DNA of 64,000 bases, from IMG/VR virus record IMGVR_UViG_3300014932_000131; one strand, written 5' to 3'. This stretch comes from a virus. Lineage: Duplodnaviria > Heunggongvirae > Uroviricota > Caudoviricetes. The notes under the pieces are model-generated. The model saw nothing but the letters and a program-made list of their open reading frames with translations, searched no databases and was not told where the DNA came from. This document shows, piece after piece, positions 40,588-49,910 of the stretch (the first letter of the stretch is position 1; each line of letters begins with the position of its first letter). Both the position numbers and the translations under genes were made by a program.

Positions 40588-41304
40588 TTACACTTTACTT
40601 ACTTGATCATCTTTGACATCTGCTGTTTTATCATCGTCAATTTTAAAGTATGTCTGTAGTAACTTTTGATTGGTCATTGCTAGCACTTGTTGTTCTAAAT
40701 AACCAGGGCAAGCATATTCTTTATCTAATGGATTTAAGCAATATTCAGTTAAATCATATTCAACATTGCCACATCCACATTCTGGATACATTAAATCATT
40801 TGGTACATCTTCTTCAAAGAATGCAGCCATTCTAACTGATTTCAAGTTAGGATTGTTTACATATAGATATTCATTTGCTATCCAATAGTATTCTTGCTTC
40901 TTAATAATAGGAAGTTGTAATAAGTTTAAATATCTATTGATTGTAACTTCTTTTAATTTCTTACCTTGTCCTCCCATTGCATTAATTGACCAAACACCTT
41001 GAATAAGGTATTGATAATTTCCTTCAGAAATACGAGGAAGTTTAAATACAGTTCTTGCAACTGTACATGGATCTGTATAATTACAACATTCTGAAATAGG
41101 AACTTCAACTAGTTCCATACAAGGAATAGTTGTAAATACAGTGTCAGTAGCCCAAAGCTTTCTGAGGTTTGCCTCACGTTTTACTAATAATTGTGTGTTA
41201 ACTCTGATTTCAGAAGCAATCACCCTATCTGTAATAAGGTTATCTGTAGATATGAGTTTGTTCATACCACGAATATCTGAGACCATTTTTCTTAATGTTG
41301 CCAT
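40588..41304 (-). CDS. hypothetical protein, 238 aa
   Basis: Complete ORF, start overlaps stop of the upstream gene (ATGA). Confidence 0.5.
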   Translation of the reverse strand: MATLRKMVSDIRGMNKLISTDNLITDRVIASEIRVNTQLLVKREANLRKLWATDTVFTTIPCMELVEVPISECCNYTDPCTVARTVFKLPRISEGNYQYLIQGVWSINAMGGQGKKLKEVTINRYLNLLQLPIIKKQEYYWIANEYLYVNNPNLKSVRMAAFFEEDVPNDLMYPECGCGNVEYDLTEYCLNPLDKEYACPGYLEQQVLAMTNQKLLQTYFKIDDDKTADVKDDQVSKV

Positions 41305-42554
41305 TATAAATACTGTTTGAATATATTTGTTATTCCTTCATCTTCATCTATTAAGAAGCCTGTAACTTCTGCTTTAGACATTGTGTGACCATTCTTATCA
41401 TCCCATAGACTCTTAGCATTTGAAAATGCTGGGATCTGGTAAAACTTAATACCATTAAAATCATGACTTACTTCATGATGTTTGTCTCCTGTAAATATGT
41501 AGAATTTATCATGGTAAGACCATCCTTCTCTATATTCTATTGGAAATAATCCAGCAAGCTTTGCAGGTTTAATAGCATCTCCATGATTAAACATTAATGC
41601 TGATTGACCATAGCTTATATACTTTCTATACTTAGGAGAACAATCAAATGTCAGTCTCTCTGTATTTCTAAAGTAGGTTTGTAACCAATTTACCATATGC
41701 CATCCTACAAACTCATCATGATTACCTGCTACATATATAACTTTTACACGTTCAGCATATTGTAATAACATTGTAATCATCAAAATCTCATGTCCACATA
41801 TATATTCAAAAGAAGTATGATATGTATGAGTGTTTGTTTGAGGAGTTCCTTTTGTAGTCATACCAGTGTATTCACTATTGAACTCATCAGATCCAATGAT
41901 ATATGTAATTTGGTCTAAGTTATTTGAGAGCTGAGCTTGGTTAGCTATAAGCTCCACTTTGTACATTATATGAGCTAGTCTATTAGTAACATCATTATTA
42001 CCATCTATATCATATTTGTTTAAGTGAGAGTCTTGTTTATTGATGACTAACATACCTTTTGGTTTGTCAAAGTCAATCTTAGGACTCATAATCTCTTGAC
42101 TTACAGGCTTATATGAAGCTAAAAAGTCTACAAACGCATCTTGAAAAACTTGTTCTGTAGACTTCTTCCCTAACCAGGCTTTTACTTGCCAATGAGGTGT
42201 TTCTCCATTTCCCCAGTAATTCTGTACGTATTTAGTTATCTCCCACTTGTCTATATCTATCTTACACTTCTCAATTAGCTCATCTAGACTCTTAATTTCA
42301 TCTTTTGTATTTAGGACTAGCTCTCCTGTACCTTTAGTTATATCCTCTGTGAACTTAACCACTCTATCTTCTAGGTCTGCTATATAGTTTCCAATCTCTG
42401 CAGTATCTTCAATATTCTCTCTTTTCCTAATATCTAGCAGTAACTCATCTACTTCAGCCTCTGTAATTCCTAGCTTTTCAGCATAGTATTTCTTTGATTT
42501 CTTCCAATGCAACATTTGCTCAAGCTGTTCTAAAAGCAATTGGTTTTCAGACAT
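41304..42554 (-). CDS. Calcineurin-like metallophosphoesterase-domain protein (416 aa) with ~170-aa coiled N-terminal extension
   Basis: Ordered motifs INKQDSHLNKYD (DxH), YIIGSDEF (GD), IYVAGNHDEF (GNHD/E), FNHGD and TGDKHHEVSHD fit the lambda-PPase/SbcD-type metallophosphatase scaffold. Confidence 0.6.
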   Translation of the reverse strand: MSENQLLLEQLEQMLHWKKSKKYYAEKLGITEAEVDELLLDIRKRENIEDTAEIGNYIADLEDRVVKFTEDITKGTGELVLNTKDEIKSLDELIEKCKIDIDKWEITKYVQNYWGNGETPHWQVKAWLGKKSTEQVFQDAFVDFLASYKPVSQEIMSPKIDFDKPKGMLVINKQDSHLNKYDIDGNNDVTNRLAHIMYKVELIANQAQLSNNLDQITYIIGSDEFNSEYTGMTTKGTPQTNTHTYHTSFEYICGHEILMITMLLQYAERVKVIYVAGNHDEFVGWHMVNWLQTYFRNTERLTFDCSPKYRKYISYGQSALMFNHGDAIKPAKLAGLFPIEYREGWSYHDKFYIFTGDKHHEVSHDFNGIKFYQIPAFSNAKSLWDDKNGHTMSKAEVTGFLIDEDEGITNIFKQYL

Positions 42555-42609
42555 ACGGTTAAGTTTAGTTAAAATTACTGTAAAGATAGGGAATATTTTT
42601 GATATTCAC

Positions 42610-42617
42610 CAAATTTA
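42610..42617 (-). promoter_or_regulatory. Candidate Bacteroidota-type -7 promoter element (TAAATTTG on the minus strand) about 56 nt upstream of the 416-aa gene
   Basis: Matches the TAnnTTTG consensus. Located in the 180-bp intergenic gap just downstream of the terminator. The -33 element is imperfect. Confidence 0.3.
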
Positions 42618-42660
42618 ATTAACTAATTTGATTATATAGATTAATCAATCTAATTAGAGC

Positions 42661-42726
42661 TAAAACAAAAACCCCCAGGGTAGAAACCCCAGGGGACTCC
42701 CTGTAAACCAACAAACAGGGTTTTTG
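42661..42726 (-). terminator. Tandem intrinsic terminator ending the capsid/tail-fibre transcription unit
   Basis: On minus-strand RNA: hairpin CCCUGU-N10-ACAGGG, then a 9-bp GC-rich stem (CCCCUGGGG/CCCUGGGGG, with G-U wobbles only on the minus-strand RNA), then UUUUUGUUUU. The first hairpin plus TTTTTG also reads as a plus-strand terminator. Confidence 0.7.
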
Positions 42727-42736
42727 ATATTTTATA

Positions 42737-43315
42737 TTAACACTGATGATCATTATATCTAAAATTACCAGTAGTAAGTTTCCAACAAATATTAGCATTA
42801 TCAAATAGATAGTCAGTTATAGGATTACCTAAATGGTCTCTAGCAATAGCTGTACAAGTAGTAACAGCTCCTCCCCCTAAGCCTGCAAATGAGTTACCAT
42901 TAGCAACAAACAATGCATAATCAGCATTATTTAAGAATATTCTTAATATTGTACCAAGACTACATCCATCAGTACCTGCATGAAATGCTATTTCAGCTAA
43001 TGTCACTGAATAAGGATTTGGTGTTGTTGTACTAGATGTTGTACTAGATGTTGTACTGGTTGTAGAACTAGTAGAACTAGTGGTAGTTGTGGTATTACCT
43101 ATAATATTAAGATCTATATGATTTCCACAAACTCCTTCAGAAGTAACTCTTATTATAGAAGTACCATCAGGAACTGTTCCTGTTGTAAATCCTGCTACTA
43201 ATAAACTTTTAGCTACTCCTGTTTGAAATGGAGTTGTATATCCATTCTCATCTGAGTAAAGATTAAAAGGGCCTGTATCAGATCCTGCTAGGGTAAGAGT
43301 TATTGTTACTGTCAT
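42737..43315 (-). CDS. Hypothetical fibre-associated protein (192 aa) with Thr/Ser-rich linker; N-terminal domain shared with ORF 33285..34148
   Basis: See 33285..34148; poly-T/S linker TTTTTSSTSSTTSTTSSTTSSTTT. Confidence 0.55.
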   Translation of the reverse strand: MTVTITLTLAGSDTGPFNLYSDENGYTTPFQTGVAKSLLVAGFTTGTVPDGTSIIRVTSEGVCGNHIDLNIIGNTTTTTSSTSSTTSTTSSTTSSTTTPNPYSVTLAEIAFHAGTDGCSLGTILRIFLNNADYALFVANGNSFAGLGGGAVTTCTAIARDHLGNPITDYLFDNANICWKLTTGNFRYNDHQC

Positions 43316-43324
43316 ATTGGTTTA

Positions 43325-44863
43325 TTATAATTGATTAAAACTACTTCCACCATTTGTGGATAAGTATAGTCCATATCTTTCTCCTGCAAGGATATATGTT
43401 CCATTATCTGAACAAGCTACTGCATGCCAGTTTTTAACACCACTAGTATTTAAGTTACTTACTGTACCCATAAATACTGGACCTGATCCTGTAACTTGTT
43501 GAATATAAGAAGTACCTGTCCCTCCAAGATAATATAAAGCTAAGCCTGATACTGTATTATTAATTGCAACTCTCATCCAAGAATTTTTGGCTGATCCTCC
43601 ATTTATTTGTGTAAAGGTTGCACCTGAATCACTTGATTTAATCAAATAAAATCCATCATAAGCTGTACCAGAATTTGAAGCTAATACCCAACCACTTGAT
43701 GCAGTTATTTTCATATCATTTACAGATGACCCATATAGAGCACTATAAACAGTGTTCCATGATGCACCATAATCTGTTGAACGAAGTATAAGAGATGAAC
43801 CTCCTGCTCCTCCACCCACTAAGAAAAGACCATTTGCACTCATTGCACAACTACCATATGTATCATATGCACTAGCATATACAATACTCCAACTAGCACC
43901 ATAATCAAGAGAACAATAAATACCAGAATCATTAGATGAATTTATATTATTTCCAGCCATTAATTGATATCTACCATCATTTGATAAAGCAGCATCAGCC
44001 CAACTACCTACACCTCCTGGTTGACCTATAGAAGTTATTTTTGTAAAGGTTGCAGCATAATCAGATGATAAATAAGCATAACCACTATAATCAATAGCTA
44101 TAACATATTGACCATTGTCAGATGATTCTATTTTTAACCAATATCCAGAAAGACTTATCTGTGTCCAAGTAGCTCCATAGTTTGTAGAATAATATATATA
44201 TCCAGTATAAAATTGACCACTTTGACTTATGAAAGAATTTCCAGCAACCATATACTGACCAGATCCTCTATTTACAGATACTGCAGAAAAACTTGTGTTA
44301 GTAAAATTTGGAGGAGTAGGTCCACCACAACCTCCTGAATCTATTGCTATGTATAAATATTGTGCAGAATAAATATCTGGTATTGTAACATACTTTGTTT
44401 GTGATCCATTACTTGTAATATTTTGACAACTTACTAATGTATTTCCAACATATACTGATAAATTTAATGGAGTGATAATTCTAGTTCCATTTAAACTAAT
44501 AGCAAGAGTTTGAGCAGGAATTAAATTAGTATAAGTTGCTACTTGCATATTAGTAACAGGATATGAAAAAGAAGGAAATCCTGTTCCACTTATTCCACTA
44601 AAATACATTCCATACTGAGGACTTAAAGTTACATTACCAGTAGAATATAAATCATTTTTTACAAGTAATTGATTACTAAGTTTGTTTGCGTAAGGAGGAT
44701 AACTTGGATTAGGTATTACTATTTCAGACTGAGCATGAGCTTTGGTAATTTGTTGGGTACTAGCTGGGATACCAGCAATAGCAGTAAAGACACCATTATT
44801 AACAGCATCTTGTAAATTATTAAATGAGATACATTCATTATCTGCCAGTCCTGACCAACTCAT
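43325..44863 (-). CDS. BNR/Asp-box repeat beta-propeller protein (sialidase-like fold); candidate tail-associated glycan-binding/depolymerase protein
   Basis: Six Asp-box-like motifs (SxDxGxTW/F): STNYGATW, SSDYAATF, SLDYGASW, STDYGASW, SSDSGATF, STNGGSSF, spaced ~50-60 aa apart. Confidence 0.65.
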   Translation of the reverse strand: MSWSGLADNECISFNNLQDAVNNGVFTAIAGIPASTQQITKAHAQSEIVIPNPSYPPYANKLSNQLLVKNDLYSTGNVTLSPQYGMYFSGISGTGFPSFSYPVTNMQVATYTNLIPAQTLAISLNGTRIITPLNLSVYVGNTLVSCQNITSNGSQTKYVTIPDIYSAQYLYIAIDSGGCGGPTPPNFTNTSFSAVSVNRGSGQYMVAGNSFISQSGQFYTGYIYYSTNYGATWTQISLSGYWLKIESSDNGQYVIAIDYSGYAYLSSDYAATFTKITSIGQPGGVGSWADAALSNDGRYQLMAGNNINSSNDSGIYCSLDYGASWSIVYASAYDTYGSCAMSANGLFLVGGGAGGSSLILRSTDYGASWNTVYSALYGSSVNDMKITASSGWVLASNSGTAYDGFYLIKSSDSGATFTQINGGSAKNSWMRVAINNTVSGLALYYLGGTGTSYIQQVTGSGPVFMGTVSNLNTSGVKNWHAVACSDNGTYILAGERYGLYLSTNGGSSFNQL

Positions 44864-44864
44864 A

Positions 44865-45857
44865 TTATTTTAATTTAGCTTCTAATTCAGCAATACGTTT
44901 TTCTAATTGTGCAATCTTCCAGCTATGTACTTGTATATAATCCACTACTAAGAAGCCATCTTGTTTTTCTTCTACAGCATCTGGTAGTACACTCTGTACC
45001 TCTTGAGCAATATATCCCCAATGAATTTTGTTATCTCTTTCTTCATCTTTCCAGGTAAATGCTACAGTTTCTATATTATTTGATGGAATAGCTGTAATTA
45101 TATCTTTAAGTCTTTCGTCAGAGTTTTGATAATATGCATCTGCATATATTGTATTACCACTTACATACACACTTGAATTTGTATATCCAGAGTTTGCATT
45201 AGTACATATAACTATTGCTCCTGCAGTTGCTGGAGAGATAGCTGTAAATCCAGATCCACTAGAACCAGAAGATCCAGAAGATCCTGAAGAACCAGATGTA
45301 CCAGCAGTGGCATCATGACCTGAAGTACCAGATGAACCATCTGTTCCAGTGGTACCAGATGTACCAGATATACCAGATGAACCAGATGAACCAGAAAAAC
45401 CAGTAGAACCAGAAGTTCCAGAGCTTCCACTAGATCCATCAGAACCACTTGTTCCACCTGACCCATTACGACCAGAAGAACCATTTGTTCCGTTAGTTCC
45501 AGACACACCACTAGTTCCAGACACACCACTAGTTCCATTATGACCAGATGTAGCACTAGAACCAGAAGTACCAGAAGTACCAGTAGCACCAACTGCTCCA
45601 GATGTACCAGATGAGCCATTATGTCCAGAAGAACCAGAAGTTCCTGAGGTACCATTATGCCCAACAGGACCTGAACCAATAGCCTCATCTATCTTCTCTA
45701 AAGCAGTAGTTAAACAATCTCCATTGTGAACTCCTGAGTTAGGTAAGTTAGGTCCAATATATTCTACGTGATTTGAATCAGTTTCGCAATTATTACAACC
45801 AAGATTTTCATTTGGTTGATAAAATGCACTATAACAAGGATCGCTAGGTTGACACAT
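44865..45857 (-). CDS. Short collagen-like fibre with C-terminal peptidase-S74 intramolecular-chaperone domain
   Basis: 330 aa. GTSGTSGSSGHNG... tract. C-terminus NSDERLKDI...IHWGYIAQEVQSVLPDAV...LVVDYIQVHSWKIAQLEKRIAELEAKLK. Cys-containing N-terminal anchor like 7473..8825. Confidence 0.8.
   Translation of the reverse strand: MCQPSDPCYSAFYQPNENLGCNNCETDSNHVEYIGPNLPNSGVHNGDCLTTALEKIDEAIGSGPVGHNGTSGTSGSSGHNGSSGTSGAVGATGTSGTSGSSATSGHNGTSGVSGTSGVSGTNGTNGSSGRNGSGGTSGSDGSSGSSGTSGSTGFSGSSGSSGISGTSGTTGTDGSSGTSGHDATAGTSGSSGSSGSSGSSGSGFTAISPATAGAIVICTNANSGYTNSSVYVSGNTIYADAYYQNSDERLKDIITAIPSNNIETVAFTWKDEERDNKIHWGYIAQEVQSVLPDAVEEKQDGFLVVDYIQVHSWKIAQLEKRIAELEAKLK
45230..45660. repeat. Collagen-like triplet-repeat DNA in fibre gene 44865..45857
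   Basis: Periodic GGT-ACC-AGA tract; spurious ORFs 45212..45688 - and 45349..45543 +. Confidence 0.65.
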
Positions 45858-45876
45858 TTATTGTTGATTTATAATA

Positions 45877-46983
45877 TTAAGGAATATACATTATATAGTT
45901 ACAAGCTAAAACAGGTTGTATATTAGCATGACCTAAACCACTTCCTGTTGCTTGAATAGTTACATTTGTAGTGATATCTACAGATATACCTGTTACAGAA
46001 GTAGTTGTAGCTTTATTAGATAGACCATTTTCACTACCAAATACATTTGAACCATCTCCACCACCTTTATTAAGATAGTTAAAATAGTGACTATGTCCAG
46101 GATCAATTACATTAGCAATAGAAGTAGCAGATGTATTATGTGAATGGCTTGGTAATTGTGAAACATTTAATGCCACTGTATTTGCACCACCTACATCATA
46201 AACACTATAATTTGGATTACCAGAAAAAAGAGGATCTACAGCAGGATTTAATACTCCACCAGGAACATTGTTTACAGCACCAACTCCTACTCTACCTCTA
46301 TGGTCAGGAGTTCCATTATTTCCATTACATAAATAAACCTTATACCAACCTAATGTAGAAATACCAGCACCTGTACCATCAAAATTAGTAATAGGTCCAT
46401 AGTATTCCATAGCTGTATAAGGAATCATTTTTAAATATTGTTGATTAGAACTACCTCCACTTGTACCAGCTATATAAGCAGCAATCAGAGTGTTTAAATC
46501 AGCAAGCTTTACATAGTTTGTACTTACATCAAGACTTAGAGCAGTTAATCCTGCAGCAGTTGCACATAATTTATTTATACTAGCTTGTAAAATATCATGA
46601 GTATCAGAAGAAGCAGTTACACCTGTAAGACAACCAATAGTATAATCAGCATTTAATGTATCTAGTATAGCATCAATTGCTAATATCTGTGCTTGTAAAT
46701 CACAGGCTCCTCTAGATAGAGCTTTAATCCAATCTTGAGAATTATGAGTTAATCCTGCTGTAATATGACCAGTAATTAATGTACACACATCTGGTGAAGC
46801 TAAAGTGATTGCATCTCCTATACCAGTTAATAATGGTACAAGTTTATCTGTAATCATTTGCTCTACATGCTTCAATGTATCTCCTGTAGAGATATTTAAT
46901 GCTGGGATACTTAGACCTGTATACCTAACACATTCATCAGGAGTAACAGTAACACATCCGTTATAACAACTTGTACAAGACAT
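45877..46983 (-). CDS. Tail-fibre protein with phage tail-collar-type C-terminal domain (HxH motifs)
   Basis: DHRGRVGVGA..., QLPSHSHNTSA..., GHSHYF and the terminal GSGLGHANIQPVLACNYIMYI resemble the tail-collar consensus (LRGR.P.G.., .PSHTH.., GGGQAHNNMPPYLALNYII). N-terminal Cys-containing anchor similar to 7473..8825 and 44865..45857. Confidence 0.65.
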   Translation of the reverse strand: MSCTSCYNGCVTVTPDECVRYTGLSIPALNISTGDTLKHVEQMITDKLVPLLTGIGDAITLASPDVCTLITGHITAGLTHNSQDWIKALSRGACDLQAQILAIDAILDTLNADYTIGCLTGVTASSDTHDILQASINKLCATAAGLTALSLDVSTNYVKLADLNTLIAAYIAGTSGGSSNQQYLKMIPYTAMEYYGPITNFDGTGAGISTLGWYKVYLCNGNNGTPDHRGRVGVGAVNNVPGGVLNPAVDPLFSGNPNYSVYDVGGANTVALNVSQLPSHSHNTSATSIANVIDPGHSHYFNYLNKGGGDGSNVFGSENGLSNKATTTSVTGISVDITTNVTIQATGSGLGHANIQPVLACNYIMYIP

Positions 46984-46991
46984 TTTTCAGT

Positions 46992-47258
46992 TTATTTATA
47001 AATTAACAACTTCACTTTACTAGCAATCATTTGTACTGTATAAGGTTCACAGTAAAATGGATTACAAAGCTTATATGTTAATATTTGTTTATAATTTAAT
47101 AAGTCGCCTATCACTTGTCCTGGAATATAATAGTTTAGTGAAAATACTAAATTATTATACTGAATATTAGCCCAGTAAGTTAAGCGTTCATCTATATCAG
47201 ATAATAGTGCAGGGATACTGGCACTATCATAACAATCGGTTAATCTTGGAGATAACAT
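46992..47258 (-). CDS. hypothetical protein, 88 aa
   Basis: Complete ORF in an operon-packed position. Confidence 0.45.
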   Translation of the reverse strand: MLSPRLTDCYDSASIPALLSDIDERLTYWANIQYNNLVFSLNYYIPGQVIGDLLNYKQILTYKLCNPFYCEPYTVQMIASKVKLLIYK

Positions 47259-47262
47259 GTTT

Positions 47263-47370
47263 AATTCTTTGAGATGCTTGTTTCAACTTGTAATTACATG
47301 CTGAACATAAGCCATTAATTAATTGACAACCACAGCCTACTTTAAGGCCACAGTTTCTACAGTTTGCCAT
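47263..47370 (-). CDS. Unannotated 35-aa Cys-rich mini-ORF (zinc-ribbon-like: CxxC..CxC..CxxC)
   Basis: Translates MANCRNCGLKVGCGCQLINGLCSACNYKLKQASQRIK. ATG lies 2 nt after the TGA of the upstream gene and the ORF ends 4 nt before the next start, exactly filling the gap. Below the size cutoff of the ORF track. Confidence 0.45.
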
Positions 47371-47371
47371 A

Positions 47372-47986
47372 TCAATAGAAGTTATTTATATAGTTGTTAC
47401 CAGAACAACCACAGTTGTTGGTTAAGAAATAATCTAATTGTCTATTTGCTTGAACATATAGTTTGTTTGCTGTATCTATAGCACAGTTATTAGCTGCAGC
47501 AATAGAACCTTGAATCATGAAATCTATACTACTTAACTGAACCTTTGATTGTGTTCTAATAGCTGAATCACATTCCATCATATCCAGTTTCATAAATGCA
47601 CCATCAAACTTTTCTTGGATCACTTCTGTACGCATGAAGTTCTTTTCTACAAAATTTGTAGCAGCAGGAGCCACTGAATATTTTAAACCATATATACCAT
47701 CTGGTAAAGGAGTGGTTGCAGGAAATGGACTTAATCCTAACATAATAGAATTATATACATTAAAATCATTTGGTCTAAATGGAAGAGAGACAGGAGTAGA
47801 GAATCCAGGAATACTAATCTGCATAGTAGGAGCAGAAACATTAGGAGGAGTAGTGTCATATATTGATATGTCAGCTATACCCAATGTTTTAGTAGAATAC
47901 GTATTTATTACTAGGAAATCTAAAGTCATCTTATTTAAAATAATAATGCCAGAGGATTTGAGATTCATCCTCTCACCCTCTGGCAT
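47372..47986 (-). CDS. hypothetical structural protein, 204 aa
   Basis: Complete ORF. Confidence 0.5.
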   Translation of the reverse strand: MPEGERMNLKSSGIIILNKMTLDFLVINTYSTKTLGIADISIYDTTPPNVSAPTMQISIPGFSTPVSLPFRPNDFNVYNSIMLGLSPFPATTPLPDGIYGLKYSVAPAATNFVEKNFMRTEVIQEKFDGAFMKLDMMECDSAIRTQSKVQLSSIDFMIQGSIAAANNCAIDTANKLYVQANRQLDYFLTNNCGCSGNNYINNFY

Positions 47987-48012
47987 AGGTTAATATGATA
48001 CTACCCTTTTTT

Positions 48013-49149
48013 TTAAGGAATCAAAGTAGTAGTTGTTGAAGTACTTGGCCATATAGTAGTTGTAGTACTTGTAGTAGAAGTGATTGGACCACTGTCATCA
48101 ACTGGAGCACCTAATGCTGGTGTTAATACAGCTAAAATACCTGCACTTAAATTTTGAGGAACAGCAATAATCACTGTAGAATCTTCATAAATATAGTCAC
48201 CCCATTGGTAAGCTGATTTATCATAAGTATTAAACTTAATATAGTAGGTATCGTAAGTTGTACCACCAGTTACCCAGCTTTCAAAGTTTTCGTTGTAACC
48301 AACCATTCTGTATAAATGCTTCAAATATCCAGCTTGATAACTATAGAAATTCTTTTCTAATTGTTGAATCTCAGCAGAAGTACCAGAAACATAAGAAGAA
48401 CGTTGAGTGATTACAGGCTCAGCTACCATGTTACAAGGATCAGCAACAATAAAGTCAGCAGTTGTAGCAGGACCAGCAAAAATGAAGGTTCTGAACCACA
48501 TACGATCGTACTCCCAAGGATCAGCAGCAACGTCACAAGGTTGTCCATAAACAGTTAAAGGCTTACCGCTAATAACTAATTTAGCATTTTGATCGTCACC
48601 AACTCTTTGGAATTGATAGAAAGTACTAAAAGAAATGTTGTCAGGGTTGTTACCTGGGGCTTTCAACTCTAAATGATAAATTAAATTATCAATTAATTGA
48701 GGAACATCAACATCTCCACAAGGGTTCTCACCACAAGCTAAGCAAGGAGCATTAACTGTTACTGAACGAGTGAAACCATTGAAGTACAAAGTATCAATAT
48801 AAGAAGAATGAGCACGTAAAGTTAAAGTGATAATTTCTCCTGGTTTAACAGTGAAATTACCTACTTCAGTTACTTGATTAGCAGCTACAGGATTTCCTGT
48901 AACACTGTACCATTCAGTTACATTAGAAGCAGAGATCTTATCAGATCTTTTGCTACCTTGCAAATATGTGTTTACTCTACCTTGAGCGGCATAAAAATAA
49001 GGGGCAGCTGCAATATTACCTGCAGTTGCTACAGCATAGGTATTGGTAAAGAAACCAAATTGTCCTGCTGTTAAGTCTTGTGTGGATCCAGTGCTAGGTA
49101 GAGTGTTTCCTACTGGCACCACAAAGAGTGTGGTTAATGAAAAATCCAT
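48013..49149 (-). CDS. hypothetical structural protein, 378 aa (possible tail tube/sheath-class or second major structural protein)
   Basis: Complete ORF; beta-rich; C-terminal poly-Thr TSTTSTTTT. Confidence 0.5.
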   Translation of the reverse strand: MDFSLTTLFVVPVGNTLPSTGSTQDLTAGQFGFFTNTYAVATAGNIAAAPYFYAAQGRVNTYLQGSKRSDKISASNVTEWYSVTGNPVAANQVTEVGNFTVKPGEIITLTLRAHSSYIDTLYFNGFTRSVTVNAPCLACGENPCGDVDVPQLIDNLIYHLELKAPGNNPDNISFSTFYQFQRVGDDQNAKLVISGKPLTVYGQPCDVAADPWEYDRMWFRTFIFAGPATTADFIVADPCNMVAEPVITQRSSYVSGTSAEIQQLEKNFYSYQAGYLKHLYRMVGYNENFESWVTGGTTYDTYYIKFNTYDKSAYQWGDYIYEDSTVIIAVPQNLSAGILAVLTPALGAPVDDSGPITSTTSTTTTIWPSTSTTTTLIP

Positions 49150-49178
49150 TTTGTTTTATTTAAATTTTGAAAAAAAAA

Positions 49179-49910
49179 TTACTCGTTTGTTCTTATTCTA
49201 ACTTCAGCAGCTTGTACAGCTGGAGCATTCTCTGTGTACATTGCTAAGTTCTCAACTGTTAAATCTACTAACTCATCTTCTAGATACATAGCAAGTTCAC
49301 AATCTGTGGTTATAGAATCTGTTCCATCGAAGTGAACATATCCCACTTTATCTATATATCTTGGGTATCTTAAGTAAGATAGATATAATATCTTTGGAGT
49401 GAAGGTACCATCTGAATAAACCATTATCTGGTTTGTATTGATGTTACTAAATGTCTCCTGATATTCAAATGATGGTCTATAGTGAGTGTTGTTTATAATA
49501 ACAGGAATATCTCCATGTTTTACTAACTCTCTATTAATCCATATAGTTCTATCTACACATCTACCTTTATCTGCCACAACATATGAGTCCATGTAGAACA
49601 TATATGCTGGTGTAATTCCTGTTAAATCTGCAGTCCACTGATGTAACTGAGGATTAGTTGGTACCAAGGGCAAAGGATGATCTTCATAGTTTTCAATCAG
49701 TTTCTGAAGATCTTCATAACGCTTTCTGAAAGCATCCAAACCAAGTGTACTTGGAGTGGCTGGACCATCAAGCTTTTGCTTGACCATTTTAATTTGGGCC
49801 TCATTCAGAGCTAAAACTTTATCTTCTAATTGAATCTGTTGATGCTCGTTAGTTGATAGTTTATTTAGTTTCTGATCTATTTTATATAATAAACTATCTA
49901 CTGGGATCAT
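49179..49910 (-). CDS. hypothetical structural protein, 243 aa (head-tail joining region?)
   Basis: Complete ORF; 4-nt overlap with the upstream gene. Confidence 0.5.
   Translation of the reverse strand: MIPVDSLLYKIDQKLNKLSTNEHQQIQLEDKVLALNEAQIKMVKQKLDGPATPSTLGLDAFRKRYEDLQKLIENYEDHPLPLVPTNPQLHQWTADLTGITPAYMFYMDSYVVADKGRCVDRTIWINRELVKHGDIPVIINNTHYRPSFEYQETFSNINTNQIMVYSDGTFTPKILYLSYLRYPRYIDKVGYVHFDGTDSITTDCELAMYLEDELVDLTVENLAMYTENAPAVQAAEVRIRTNE

Noticed and set aside
42619-42804. 61-aa minus-strand ORF across the tandem terminator
   Set aside because: Overlaps the 3' end of ORF 42737..43315 and runs through both terminator hairpins
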